Below, in pieces: positions 12,724 through 26,846 of a stretch of 64,000 bases of DNA. Made by a program: the position numbers and the translations under genes. This stretch comes from Octopus sinensis (Eukaryota). The DNA lies in contig NC_043018.1 in NCBI RefSeq assembly GCF_006345805.1, positions 28,582,001 to 28,646,000 on the forward strand, read 5' to 3'. Within the stretch, counting starts at the first letter, position 1; every line of letters starts with the position of its first letter. Below the pieces are notes generated by a model that made no database searches, had not been told where the DNA came from, and saw only the letters and a program-made list of their open reading frames with translations.

Positions 12724-13250
12724 CAGTGAGCTGGCAGAATCGTTAGCACGCGGGCGAAATGCTTAGCCGTTACGTTCTGAGTTCAAACTCCGCCGAGGTC
12801 GACTTTGCCTTTCATCCAGTCGGGGTCGATTAAATACGTACCAATTACGCACTGGGGTCGATATAATCGACTTAATCCGTTTGTCTGTCCTTGTTTGTCC
12901 CCTCTGTGTTTATCCCCTTGTGGGTTGTAAAGAAATAGGTATTTCGTCGGCCGCTACGTTCTGAGTTTAAATTCCGCTGAGGCTAACTTTGCCTTTCATC
13001 CTTTCGGGGTCGATTGAATAAGTACCAGTTACGACACTGACGTCGATATAATCGACTTAATCCGTTTGTCTGTCCTTGTTTGTCCTATCTGTGTTTAGCC
13101 CCTTGTGGGTAGTAAAGAAATAGGTATTTCGTCTGTCGCTACATTCTGATTTCAAATTCCGCTGCGGTCGCCTTTGCCTTTCATCATTTTGGGGTCGATA
13201 AATTCAGTACCAGTGAAAAACCAGAGGTTAATGTAATTCGACTAGTCCCC
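12724..13250 (+). mobile_element. SINE family B, three head-to-tail units
   Basis: GAGCTGGCAGAATCGTTAGC head; repeated TACGTTCTGAGTTCAAATTCCGCCGAGGTCGACTTTGCCTTTCATCC...GGGGTCGAT body. Confidence 0.85.
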
Positions 13251-14968
13251 TCTCCGACTATTTTTCGCCTTGTGATTTTAGTAGAATGTTATATGTGAGT
13301 TTGTGTGTGTGTGTGTTTGTCCACCAGTTGATAACCGGTGTTGGTCTGCTTATATCTCCGTAACTGGGCAGTACGGTGAGAATGTTTAATGGGATATGTA
13401 TCTAACTTGAAATAAGTACTAGGAGTCGAATTTTTATGGCTAACACTGTTCAAAGCACTACCCCATCTTATTTAATCGACCCCGAAAGATGAAAGGCAAA
13501 GTCGACCTCGGCGGAATTTGAACTCAGAACGTAACGGCAGACGAAATACCACCGCCTTCGAGTAAGTAATTCGTTTGGATATGTTCCAAACCTTAGACTC
13601 TTATTCGAAGAATTATTGGAATCAGTGAATTACTTGATTGATCTTTTATGTAATTGACCCAGGGAGGATGAAACCCGAAGTTGACCATAGCAAACGCAAA
13701 TGTACCCCCCGGTCCTGGACTCGAGTTTGTGAACACGGGTTCGTGAATACAACACCTTTACTATTTACCCATGTGCCCTTACTGCCTCACATTACGCAAC
13801 ATACTTTGTGTAGTCAACCGTAACCCAAGTATAGAGAGGAGCAAAGATACAACCATGGCTATGATATATATATATACTAATGTTATACTTAAGGTATCCT
13901 TCGAAGTCATTAAGCCTTTAAAGACTTTTATTTGCTTTTCATTCAGTCTCCGTAATATATAGATTTCACGACTGACTAGGAAGCTCGGAAAACCCAAATG
14001 AAATATTAAACGGGGAATAAAATATAGTTAAGTGCAATTAGCTCATTATTAGAGAACATATTACGTAAGTGCTAAATGAAACAGCGTAGAGTATAAAGTT
14101 ACAGCCAATAGCTGTTACAATATTTACTTCAATTCCTCATTGCTCTGTGATTATCATCAATGTACTTTATATTACTTAATACTATTAAAGGCCAGTAAAA
14201 AATAAGGATACAATATCAGATAATGGAAGATTAAATATATGGAAGGCACAAAGGGAAATAAATTTGACAAAGGGGGGGGGGGAAACAAGTGATGTTGTGA
14301 AGTAGCATAATGCAGGTAATAACATTTGTAAATTAAATATATCCGTGACAAGAGAGTAGAGGAGAATACTAACGTTTCAAAGCGGATTTTTCTTTAAAGA
14401 TTCTTATTCTAAGATGTAAAGGGTTAGAGTTAATGTGAGCTTGAAGGTTTCAAACAGGATTTTGTCACATGTCAAGAAGGAACTTTTCTTAATTGATTTT
14501 CATTGGAAGAAAAAATATATATATATAAATATAAATATATTCTTTTACATGCTTTCGTCAATTGACAAAACCATGTTGGAATACCACCTTAAAGGGTTTT
14601 AGTCGAAAAAATCGACCCCAGGACCTATTCTTTGTAAGCCTAGTATTTATACCATTGGTTCTCTTTTGTTCGAACCGCTACGTTACGAGGACATAAACCC
14701 CTCAACATCGGTTCTCAAGCGTTGGTGGATGGGACAAACATAGACACAAAGATACACAGACATTGGTGAAATGCCTATTATTATAGCCTCAGGCTGATCA
14801 AAGCTTTGTGAGTGGGTTCGGTCGTCGGAAACTGAAAGAAGCTCGCCGTGTATATATGTATGTATATATATATATAAGAAGAAGAAATAAGTTACTCAGA
14901 AATCTGGATAGTTTTTACCTTTACAGACTTTTATAAATATGTCTTTGGGGTTTAAATAATTCACTTCT

Positions 14969-15242
14969 GGAAAAATGGGTGTTTCGCTCAACATCCTTAA
15001 ACAACCCTTATTCAAGGACCTTTTGAGCGGGATGGGCTACTCGACCAGAAGAAAATTCTAACTGGGCCCCACCTGCAATGTCATGTGCTGTTTATCTTGA
15101 TATGAGATCACCACGTCGCACACATATGGTTGTGATGCATGTGCCTAGTGTACCCTTATCAGACAGGTAGTCATGATGGGTATACTAGGCTTCGTATATT
15201 TTACCCCAGTGTCACTTTGATGGCATGCACTGCTCTCTCATC

Positions 15243-15291
<49 letters not shown>

Positions 15292-15700
15292 GCCCTGATG
15301 CAGTAACAGACAGTGGCTCTCGTAGCTTCTGATCTTAACTGGTTGGAAGTGTTATCATGTACATTGTTTTGTCTTGGTATAAAAGATGGGCTACAGCAAA
15401 TATTCTGCTCAATACCACAGGTTTGCTTGTCAGTTGTTTGGTCTTAACCAGTTGACCATGTCCCTTAGTGGCAGACGATATATCTCTGACCACGAGCATA
15501 AGTAGTGGGTAAGCATCATAGCCGTGTGTTGAAAGGAGTTCTTGGAGGTTTGGATAATTCACCTTTCGAAACAGGGGTAGTTCGTTCAACATCCTTAAAC
15601 AATCTTTATTCAGGGACCTTTTGAGCGGGATAGCCTACTCGACGAGAAGAAAATTTTAACTGGGCCCTACCTGCAAGGTCATGCGCTGTTTATCTTGATA
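14969..15700 (+). mobile_element. Two head-to-tail partial copies of the (TAA)n-associated element separated by (AAT)n
   Basis: 3' half at 14969-15242, (AAT)n at 15243-15291, 5' two-thirds at 15292-15700; shared block CAACATCCTTAAACAA...GTTTATCTTGATAT. Confidence 0.8.
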
Positions 15701-15860
15701 TCTGTATATATACATATGTATGTATATATAAGTATATGTAGGTATAAATATCTGTATGTATGTATATATATGTATATATATGTATATATATGTATGCATA
15801 TTTCTATATATATGCATCTTTGTTTTGTACGTATCCCTGTATGTATAATTGTGTATATAT

Positions 15861-15902
<42 letters not shown>

Positions 15903-16882
15903 TATATATATATATATACACACATACAAGTTTCTTTCGGTTTCCGTCAACCAAATCCACTCAAAACACTGTGGTTGACGCGAAATTGCAGCAGAAAATA
16001 TTTGCTCAAGGTGCTACGCGGTGGGTGTGAACCAGGAAGCAGTTGGTTGCGAAGCAATTTCCTTACCAATCAACCACATCCGCGCCTATTTCGACAGCAA
16101 TATTTCAAAAGCCCCATACATAATTTACATAATTATGCATAACTTAAGTATATTTGCATATGTATTACTATCCTTGTAAGAATGTGTCACTATGTAAGTG
16201 TGGTTCAAGGAGAGCATTTTCTTTTGATATATTTTACACAAAACTCTTAATTCAGAGTTAATTTCATATAATTAATATTTATGAAAATTGCTCAGGTACA
16301 TAACCTCTTGAGCTCTCATGAATACACTCACACATAAATACTCACTTACACATACATTAACACACACATACATGCACACACACGAGAGCGCACACCGTAC
16401 AGAGAGAAATACGTCTGCTTTTGAAGAGTTTCACAGACAAGAATGTATTGAAACGGTTTTCCAAGCATCGTGTGTGTAATTGAAGAAATATAATTATGTG
16501 TTATGCAACTGAGAAATTTGCATAATGATTAAATATTTGTTAGATATGATCGGTCTCGCTTACATAGTATACGTCTATCATTTTCGGTGCATCTATGCAT
16601 ATGTGTGTGCATATATATATATTCACATACGTGTGTATTCAACTATCTACTTATATGTATGTATGAATGTATGTATATGTATTTATGTGTGTGTATGCAT
16701 ATAGATATAATATATTATATAATATATATATATATTAATATATATATAATAATATACATATATACATGTATATATATACATGCATACAAATATATATATA
16801 TGTATTATATATATAATATACATGCATACAAATATATATATGCATATATATACATATAATATATATGTATATATATATATAT

Positions 16883-16940
<58 letters not shown>

Positions 16941-17504
16941 GAATAGATAGATAGATAGATATATGTATACAAATACGCGTGTGTGTGTGTGTGCGTGCGC
17001 GCGCATCTGCGTATATACGTGCGCACACATGTCAACAGTATTTCCTGTCCATATCTTTATTCATATCTTATTTCATTTTTAGTCTCGCAAACGCTTCGAA
17101 AGCATTCTCATTCGTTTGGTATGTCACATGAAAGATAGATTTCCGCGTTGACACCCGTGATATACAGACATACAAATGGTTGTTACATCTGTATGATCTC
17201 AAAGCCACGTTATACACCATACGATCTCGAGATTAATACGTGAAGTGATCCGTATGAATTATGGGCCAATTGAAACGTTAATTATATTTCTGTAAGACAA
17301 AAACAAAAAACAAAAACAAAAACGAAATTGGTAACGCAAAATACATCTGATTTCCGTTCTGATAGCATTCTCTTCTTTTATCCGTTTACAAGTTCTTAGT
17401 CATTGCTCAACGGCCATGCTGGATCACAGCTTATATGACTACTAGTTCATAAATATAGAGTACTTTCTTTCATTCGTATTCTCATTTTATCGATCAGGCA
17501 TGAT

Positions 17505-17682
17505 TGAGTGGTTAAGAGTCTCGCTATGAAACGATACGGTTTCGACTTCACTCCAAACCCACGGCACTTTGGGAAGCATCTTCTAGAGCAGCCCCATTGT
17601 CATACCAGGGGCTATAGATTGCGAATTTCATAGGCGGAAACCGCGTAGAAACCCATCGTGAATATATGTTTGTATGTGTGCG

Positions 17683-17746
<64 letters not shown>

Positions 17747-17807
17747 GTATAATATATGTGTGTGGGTGTGTATGTATATTATACATATATATATATATAT
17801 ATATATA

Positions 17808-17847
<40 letters not shown>

Positions 17848-18200
17848 GCATGTAATATATATATATATATAGATATAATATATATATATATGCATGTATA
17901 TATATATGTGGTGTGTGTGTGTATATATATATATATATATTTGGTAGACGGAAACTGAAAGAAGCCCGTCGTATATATATATGTATATATTTGTGTGTGC
18001 TTCTGTGTTTGTCCCTACACCATCACTTGACAACCGATATTTTTCTGTGTATGTCCCCGTAACTTAGCGGTTCGGCAAAAGAGTCCGACAGAATAAGTAC
18101 ATGCTTACAAAGCATAAGTACTGGGGTTAATTTGTTCGACTAAAGTCGGTGCTCCAGCATGGCCAACACTCCACTCAAACGACTGAAGCAAATATAAGAA
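17505..18200 (+). mobile_element. SINE family A fragments around a long (TA)n tract (other partial copies at about 9400-9600, 14545-14850, 15930-16090, 39905-40030)
   Basis: Partial homology to head or tail halves. Confidence 0.65.
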
Positions 18201-18399
18201 GAATAAAAGAATATATACATATATAAAACACACGCACATGTGTAAGTACATAAATGCAAAACAAAGCGTAATAAATAGTGCTCGAATACCGAAGCTAGAG
18301 TAATATGATTTTATTAAAGCTGCAAAGACCCTCACAAACTGTTACCCACAGTTTCATGATCCCGTTCGTTGGTCAGTTGTGATATGTTCAGTGTTTTAG

Positions 18400-19700
18400 T
18401 TTACACAGAATATACCAATGCACATCTAATCTCTAATATCTAGAGAGTTAAGCTATGAGATCCAATCGCTTTTAGGTCATCCACAAAGAAAAGCTGCTCT
18501 GGTTTGCGCATAGTTTTGACCTGGCTTTTAGCGAGAGTACAATGACAGTGCAAAGAGCAGTACTGACAAATTATCGCCCTGATGGATGCCTTTTTTCTGT
18601 AGTGTATAATATTAGATTTGATGTCTTCCTTGTCGCCTCAAAGATGCAAGATGTACTATTTTTACCTAATCTGGCAGGCGGCAGGTACTAGCACCTAGTG
18701 CTCGTGACACTTTGTCTAATTGCAGTACCTCGATAATCCACTCATATAATACACTACCAAATGCCTTTTAACTAGCTTAGGAGTGGCTGTGTGATAAGTA
18801 GCTTGCTAACCAACCACATGGTTCCGGGTTCAGTCTCACAGCTTGGCACCTTGGGCAAGTGTCTTCTACTATAGCCTCGGGCCAACCACAGCCTTGTGAG
18901 TGGATTTGGTAGACGGAAACTGAAAGAAGCCCGTCGTATGTGTGTGTGTGTGTGTGTGTGTTTGTCACCCCAACATCGCTTGACAACCGATGCTGGTGTA
19001 TTTACGTCCGCGTAACTTAGCGGTTCGGCAAAAGAGACCGATAGAATAAGTACTAGGCTTACAAAGAATAAGTCCTGGGGTCGATGTGCGCGACTAAAGG
19101 CGGTGACCCAACATGGCCACAGTCAAATGACCGAAATAAGTAAAAGAGTAAAAGAGTAAAAGAGTCTAACTATATCATAGCCAAGTGTTTCCCACAGTTT
19201 ATTGCTCCTGCGTAAATCATTTTGTTAACTAGAAGTTCAATACACCAACACATATCTTTCTCTTGTAGCGCTACAGCATTGTAAGTGATACAATGCTCCT
19301 CCAGGAGCAAACTGAGTCAGGTATTGTACATCTTTTATATGATGTTTCTCCATGCTACTTAGCAGTAATATCTGGTTTATGTATTTTGAGAAAGATGAGA
19401 AGTGATGGCTGTTGACAGCTCTGTGGGTACGTTTAATGTACCCTTCATCCTTTCCAAACACACTTACTAAATCACGTAGATAGAAGTTGTGATTTTTTAA
19501 CCAATATTCTTTAATAAGATCTGAGCCTGGAGATTTCCAGTGTTATATTTCTCTCAAGATGCAGAACTTGTGTGTACATCTTTTGCAGTATCCGTCTTCT
19601 AACATTCCATTCAGATGGGTAATAACTTGGCATATTCGTTAGAGGTTTCTTTACAATTTCTTACATTATTTGTTCTAGCAATCTGCATTCTGAATTAAAA
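18400..19700 (-). mobile_element. Decayed Dong/R4-clade LINE reverse transcriptase, interrupted by a SINE at 18779-19165
   Basis: Motifs WKSPGSDLIKEYWLK, CWCIELLVNKMI, KAFGSVLYEWIIEVL, KGIHQGDNLSVLLF and QLFFVDDLK in the correct order, with stops and frameshifts. Confidence 0.8.
18779..19165 (+). mobile_element. SINE family A inserted in the Dong/R4 RT fossil
   Basis: Full head-to-tail homology with (GTAAAAGA)n tail. Confidence 0.9.
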
Positions 19701-19966
19701 TTCTCTCGAGTAAACTTAGGTTTTCATTGTTGTTACTTTTCCTTTTCTTTTTTTTTTTTTTTTTTTGTTCCAAATTGATACATCTCTCTCACCTTTATTT
19801 TCATTGCCTTTCCATGAAGTTCAGTCTCCGAACATAAGCTCGCAGACATTAAGCTTAATTCTGTCTCCAATGTTGATGAAAGGAGCTTCATGTCTAATTA
19901 TCCTTGTTCTGTAATCGTGTTTCCTGTCATCTATCCCCCTGTATATATATATATATATTATATAAT

Positions 19967-20006
<40 letters not shown>

Positions 20007-20115
20007 ATATATATATATATACATATATATATATGCTATATACATACATACATAAATATACACATATATCTACGTATATATATATATATACATATACGCA
20101 CACTTACACACACGC

Positions 20116-20161
<46 letters not shown>

Positions 20162-20183
20162 GCATTAGCGTTTACATATATAT

Positions 20184-20223
<40 letters not shown>

Positions 20224-20232
20224 ATTATTATA

Positions 20233-20430
20233 TAGAAGGAGCTTCTACAGGACTAGAACTGTTTCATTCAAGAGAAATCTTCAGGAAGCTAGTTAACAAG
20301 AATTGTATTGGCATTTATACATTTAGGCAGGTTTAAAGGGGGTTGGTGGGGAACTTTTTGGGGGTAGGCATAGCGCAAAAAATCATACTTGGGGGAGTGG
20401 TCAAGGAGTCAGTGTTAAATTAGATAGGAG
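20233..20430 (-). mobile_element. Probable Penelope-like/retrozyme terminal-repeat fragment hosting the hammerhead
   Basis: Complex-sequence island between microsatellites that contains the type I hammerhead. The family assignment is inferred from the ribozyme only. Confidence 0.4.
20240..20290 (-). ncRNA. Type I hammerhead ribozyme fold, sense to the neurophysin pre-mRNA
   Basis: AGCUUC-CUGAAGA-UUUCUCUUGAAU-GAAA-CAG-UUCUAGUC-CUG-UA|GAAGCU: 6-bp stem I, complete core, 4-bp stem III, GUA cleavage triplet. Stem II is weak (U.U at 10.1-11.1, then 3 bp). Confidence 0.75.
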
Positions 20431-20592
20431 AATAATAAAAAAATAAAAAATAAAAAATAATAAAATATAAAATATAAAAAAATAAAAATAAAAAATAAAA
20501 AATAAAAAATTAAAAAAATAAAAATAAAAAAAAATAAAAAATAAAACAAAAAAATAAAAAATAAAATAAAGAATATAAAAAAATAAAAAATA

Positions 20593-20600
<8 letters not shown>
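20430..20600. repeat. Degenerate (AAAAATA)n A-rich array
   Basis: Directly visible. Confidence 0.9.
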
Positions 20601-20624
<24 letters not shown>

Positions 20625-20958
20625 ACGGGGGGAATAGAGTTTTAGGTAAATAAGGAGATTCTCACTTATACCTCTGCACATATGTATACATATATACACA
20701 CGCATACAAACATATATACATATACATACACACATACATACACACACATATATATATATAAATATATACACATATATATACACTCACACATACATATACA
20801 TATCTACACATACACACATATATATGTATACATACACACACTCACTTGCATACACGTATACACACATGTATATATACACACACGACCACACATACATATA
20901 CACACAGAAAAATATATATACACATACACACACATACTCACATACACGCATACACACA

Positions 20959-21003
<45 letters not shown>

Positions 21004-22119
21004 TATATATATATCTTAATATACATATGTATATGTATGTGTGCGCATGTATGTGTGTGTAGAAGAACCAGAGAAGGCTGGAGTATATCTTATATATGTT
21101 AAAATTGAAAGACAACATTTTTTCCTCAATGATAGACACCTGTTGTGTGAAAATATATTTTATGATAATATTTAAATAAATTGATTACTCTATCTACTTG
21201 ACATATTAAGTTACCTGATTAATTGTTCATTAACACTATCTCAAGTATTGTTTGTTTTCAAATTCACACCTAAGTGTGACAATTATATTTGAAGTAGAGA
21301 ACAGTCACCCATAGTGAGTTCATACCAGATATGGGGAAATTTCTCACAAAGACACCCCTTAGTAAAACAGAGTGTCTGTTTTTAGGGGAAAACTAGGTAA
21401 TTAGATGAAAGATAACTAGAGTAATTAGGTTCGATCTTCTGCAAAGCATATTAAATATTCATGGCTTGGGGTTTGAGATGTCGTGATCTGTGCAGTTTTC
21501 TTGTGGTGTTAGTCGAGAAATCGACGTGAAGTAATCTTGTAAATAACGAAAGATAGATGTGAATCGTGATTTGCCTGAAGTGTCTAATCACGTGACTAGC
21601 TGCGTTCGCTACAGAATTTACTAAACGACTTTCACATGAGCTAATATAGTAAAACTTTAAACGAGTAGCTCTAAGCAGTAATGAAATTATTGGTTTCAAA
21701 TTTGGGTACAAGACCAGCATTGTTCTAAATGTTCTGATCTGTGACAGTGTTGATACATTTTTGCGCAATTCGGTTTGGTTTCTTCTTGGCGTGAGGTTGG
21801 CATGCGGAGAAATTATATTAAGGGGCACAGAGTGGTAATTATTTTTTAAAGCTGGAGCTAAGTGTGTGATTCGGCTGTAATTCTCAGACAATTGAAGATG
21901 GTCTGTCTTTCGAAGAGGACTAGCCTCCATATAAGGGCTGGTATGTTATATGGAATTACTGTATTATTATTTGCTTGACCTTCTTTAGGCATTTTTGGAA
22001 CTCATCTGTAAGGACTGAAACAGTGTGAATCGGCTGACTATCATTCCGAGAGAGACTCTAGCTGAATTAGTGTCGTGTCCTTTTTCAGTCTACTTGGCCT
22101 ACATTCTGACTCAGAGTCT

Positions 22120-22680
22120 TGACCCCCATCCGAGACAAAGGTCTCACCATCAAGCGAAGGGATCGAAATTTCAGTAGAGAGCGTGTCTTACTGATCTTGA
22201 CTATACTGACGCTCTTGTCGTCAAAGATCATCAATCGTGGAAAGCACAAAACTTTTTAATAAATCTTGAGAATACTGAAGACAATTTTGTTTCTCAATGC
22301 AAAGAACACTGAATACATGTCTGTAAAGAAAGACGAAGGCCTCCTGCCATTTAGTTCCATAATTGGCACACATGTAGGTAGTCATGGACATCAACTATTT
22401 TATTCCTCCATTAATTACCAACAGTTAAGTGGTGTTTCTTACGTGCAAGCAACTAGACTAGAGTACCTGAAACATTCTTTAAAAGCATCTTACACTCAAA
22501 TATTTAAGTCAACAAAGCCCACCTCCCTCACTGTATGTTTGGAAGACATCCTTCTCTATGGAGCCGAAACTTGGACTATACAGAAAGAGTTTAAACATCA
22601 TCTTAATGACACATCCACAAAGCTTCTCATGAGGGGTTCAAATATCTTATGGTATAAGCGAAGGGCTAAAAGGAAATTTA
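22120..22680 (+). mobile_element. Decayed RTE-type LINE fragment (RT domains and thumb)
   Basis: GLTIKRR..VLTDLDYTD, FLNAKNTEYM and CLEDILLYGAETWT..HLNDTSTKLLMRGSNILW. Confidence 0.7.
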
Positions 22681-25600
22681 TTTTTGTGTGTATGTATGAA
22701 TATAGCCCCGTCTGTATAATGAACGAATATATTTTCCAGTTCATCCTTCGTAAGTGATAAGATTAAGGAAGAATTTCAAGCAAATTTTGTAGCAGGTCAG
22801 GACCAAAGGCGAGGTACTCTATTACTCTCTTGGTAGCTCAAAATACAACCTTTCTTTGTTGTGAGTTCCCAGATCCAATCGTAATCAGAGAAAACTATTA
22901 TGCAAGACGTTCAAATCATAGCTCTCCCACCATTCGTAAATTGTTAATTACAGTCTTAACTTAAGGTGGCAGCGAGAGCTTTTTAGATGTTTTGGCTGTT
23001 ATAATTGTTTATCAATGAACATTGTCCCTTTTCCTCCTTTTACCTTCATATTGTTCTTTCTTTTCACGTGTCTGCCCCTCACCTCACCGTTTCCATTTCC
23101 ATTTCGCATCCTCAGAGTATGCGGCGAAACTAACAGGTTACTAAGTTTATTCGTCGCCTTCAGACACTATATGAGTTTTGACTAATTTACTTTGAAAGAG
23201 CTGTAGAAACAAAGGCTTCGCTTACATTCTTATATATCAAAAAGTTTGTAGCATTCATACTGGATGAAATCTTTATATTCAAGTAAATAATATTTTTCAA
23301 CATTATAACATTATAATCATCATTATTAATTTTATTATCATTAATTTATTATAAATTTAAACAACTTATTAATTTACTAAACTAAGGTGATGTGGCGAAT
23401 TGTTAGCACTTGGAGCAATACGATTAGCGGCATGTCTTCCGGTTCTTTACGTTCTGTGTTCAAATACTGCTATGGTCAACTTTATGAATCATTTTTCGGG
23501 GGTCGTATCATAATTACTTATTTAGCACTCGAATCGATGTAATCGGCTAGCCCTGCTCTCCAAATTCCTGGCCTTTGGGCCAAAATTTGAATTCTATGTT
23601 ATAATTATTATTTTTAATTTGTTATGAATTTATTTCATTTATTAATTTGGCCAATGGCTGCGAGATGGTAGAATCGTTAGCGCATCGAGCAATATGATTA
23701 CCGGCATATGCTCCAGCTGTTTACGTTCTGATTTCAAATACGGCCAAGTTCAAATTTACTTATTATTTTGAAGGGTTCGATACAATAAGTATTAGTTGAG
23801 CACTGGGGTCGATGTAATCGACTACTCCTTCCCAGATAAACTTTACTCTTTGTGCCTCTCGTAGAAAGAATTATCGTTGATTTAATTTGTACGTTAAACA
23901 TAAATTTTATTTTTAAAATATGGTCTTAAATTAATGTGTCCACGAAGACTAGGTTTTCCGATTGCCATGTGTTGTATGCCATGAGTATCAATAAAATTAT
24001 TAATTATTACCCTCAAATAATTTCTTTAGCTGCAGTAAAGTGTAGTATTGAAAAAATTTTTTCGTTGTTATTCTCATTATTTTTTGTTTTTTTCAGATAA
24101 TATTTTAGTATCTTTATAACGTTTACAGATGATTTTAAATGTGTATATTCTGTAAACTTTCATCTTCATTCTTTGATATAAAAATTTCACAGTTCCAATT
24201 CCGCCTCATCTTAATTTAATCTCGAAAGGATGGTCTCCCCTATAATAGTTGACAACAAACAATATAACGTGTTTGTTGATTTTTAGTTCTAGAACATAAT
24301 TCTGATTTATATTTGTTTCAGAAGTGATAGCACTTGCTTTGTGGTGTGTAATGTTCGTTTTTTAAATGGCTAATATGAATCTCCCACGATGCAATTAAAA
24401 CTCTGATTGTTCTTTGAAGTTGATGTTAATGGTTGAAAAGCTATCATCCTCCTTACATGCTAACATTTGCACTTTATTATCCAATAACACAGTTTTTGCA
24501 AGATGTTTCTTCTCTACCGTTAGGATAGAAAGAAAGAAGCAATGTCCCTTCATATTCTGTCTAATGCTTTTAGATAGATAATGATTGATGTAACATAAAT
24601 ACTCGTCGGTTGACTTTCAATGCGATCGGATTAAGTGATGACATCATAACAGTAAATATAATTAGTTTTCCAAACTGTAGTCACAATTTCAGTACATGTA
24701 TAGGTAAGAATTTAAACTGCGTCCGTTAATAAGATTATAGTTCAAAAGTTCCAAGGTTTTGATGACTGTGAAACTGTGAAAAATAAGTGTAACTGTCACT
24801 TAGTTTTCGACCCTGAAAGAATGAAAAGTAAGGTCGACCTCGGCGGAATTTGAACTCAGAACGTAAAGACAGACGAAATACCGGTGTACTAGCGTTTCTT
24901 ATTTCTCTATTGCCCACAAGGGGCAAAACATAGAGGGGGCAAACACGGACAGACAAAGGGATTAAGTCGACTACATCGGCCCCAGTGCGTGACTGGTACT
25001 TAATTTATCGACCCCGAAAGGATGAAAGGCAAAGTCAACCTCGGTGGAATTTGAACTCACTATTGTTCCCAAGTCAACTCTGACCCAAACTAGTTGCACC
25101 TGCTAGGATCCCAGCTATAGGTTAATAAGCATATTAGTGCTTGCCTCCCTCTGGTTAAAAATACTGGATCCTGCGGCCTCTGCAAGAGAAATCTTGATAG
25201 TTCAACGGAGCGTAGGGTAACTTCAACAACACATTGTGGGTTGCAGTGAACACAATAAGGTAAGACATCTTGGAAATCCACTGCATCCGTCAATAACTTC
25301 AATCGTCTTGATTTGGTCTTGCTTTTGAATTGAAGATGGTTACTCACGAGAGACTGATACTAACAGTGAGCATCTCTTCACTTTAAAGAATGTTACAATG
25401 CCGTCTTTAGTCATCCTTCAGGATGACTAGACGGTCATCACGATTCCGACAGACGAACATTGATAAGTACAAAACATAAGCAAAGTTGTCTCCCTTTTTT
25501 GTTAAGATAATGTAATATTAGTCACAGTTTATGCTGACTTTTCTTCACTGCACAAGTATTTATCCATAGATTCTTTTTATGATGAGTACATTGTATAAGT

Positions 25601-25950
25601 GGAGGCGCAATATACTTGCGGTCGTGGGATCGCGGTTTCGATTCCTAGACCGGGCGTTGTGAGTGTGTATTGAGCAAAACCATCCAAAGTTCCACGAGGC
25701 TCCAGCAGGGGGTGCGGGTGGCGAAACCTACTGTACTCTTTCACCACAATTTTCTCTCAGTCTTTGTTTCTGTTGTACCTGCACTTCAAAAAGCCAGCCT
25801 TGTCACACTCTGTGTCAGGCTGAATCTCCCCGAGAACTACGCTAAGGATTGTTTGTGGAGTGCTCAGCCACTTGCACGTTAATTTCACGAGCAGGCAGTT
25901 CCAGTGATCGGATCAACTAGAACCCTCGTCGTCGCAACCGACGGAGTGCT
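25601..25950 (+). mobile_element. SINE family C (other pieces at about 7680-7840, 32520-32620, 52255-52425 plus; 36215-36460, 46700-46975 minus)
   Basis: tRNA-like head GTGGAGGCGCAA..GGTTTCGATTCCTAGACCG; body GAGTGCTCAGCCACTTGCACGTTAATTTCACGAGCAGG..GATCGGATCAACT shared among copies. Confidence 0.75.
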
Positions 25951-25972
25951 ACGACATTATATATGTGTATAC

Positions 25973-26003
<31 letters not shown>

Positions 26004-26436
26004 TGTATGTATTGGTTTCAAATTTTGGCAAAAGGCCAGCAAGTTCGTGTGGATGGATAAGTCGATTACATCGACTGGGAGTTATATTATCGACTCCGCC
26101 TTAATAATCATCTCTACTATAGGCACAAGGCCTGAAATTGGAGGGGGATAGTCAATATAAATTGACCCCAGTGTGTAACTGGTACTTATTTCATCGACCC
26201 CGAAACGATAAAAGACAGAGTCGATCTCTAGAATTTGAACCCAGAATGTAACAATGGATGACATGTCAAGCATTTTACCCGACTTGCTAACAATTCTGCC
26301 AGCTCGCTGCCTCCACTGCATTAATTATATTAACACTGAGTTGATGATTGCTTATTTGTTTTTCCTAAGTAGCTTCTCTGTGTATTTAGTTTCAATGGTC
26401 TATTGTGCCTAATTTTCGGAAATTATTCAATATTCC

Positions 26437-26846
26437 GGAACTTTTCGGTTTGAACGGCAGTTTTTAACATAATTTCTAGGTAACTAAAAAAATTTAAACT
26501 TCGTATTCTGGTAGAATGTGTTTATAAAACATCCTTTTCGCTTGGATTTATTAAGAAAATTCTATAGTTTGTAAGATATTTGCTGTTTTTTTTCTTCAAT
26601 TTCTGCAATTTCAACCAATCGATGACGTCCATTGAGTTAAAAAACATTCTGTGCCGTATGAATATGTCCCTCGTTTAAGAAACAAATTGGGTTTATTTAC
26701 ATTTATGAAGAAAAAAAGATACCCTTCCCCCACCCCTAACCCTAAAACAGATTGAAATGCAATAGATCGATACTAAGGTTATAATTATGGGTGACAATTT
26801 CATATGACACCGCTAGAAAAAACTGCCGTTCAAACCGAAAAGATCC
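26437..26846. mobile_element. hAT-type MITE, copy 1
   Basis: About 28-bp TIRs GGA(A/T)CTTTTCGGTTTGAACGGCAGTTTTT; perfect 8-bp TSD AATATTCC at 26429-26436 and 26847-26854. Confidence 0.9.

Noticed and set aside
12724-13250. Regularly spaced repeats that could be mistaken for a CRISPR-like array
   Set aside because: Head-to-tail SINE-B units in a eukaryotic intron; the intervening sequences are homologous, not unique spacers.
24090-24510. Protein-like minus-strand stretch containing CIVGDS
   Set aside because: Frequent stops and only a 3-4 residue resemblance to LINE endonuclease motifs.
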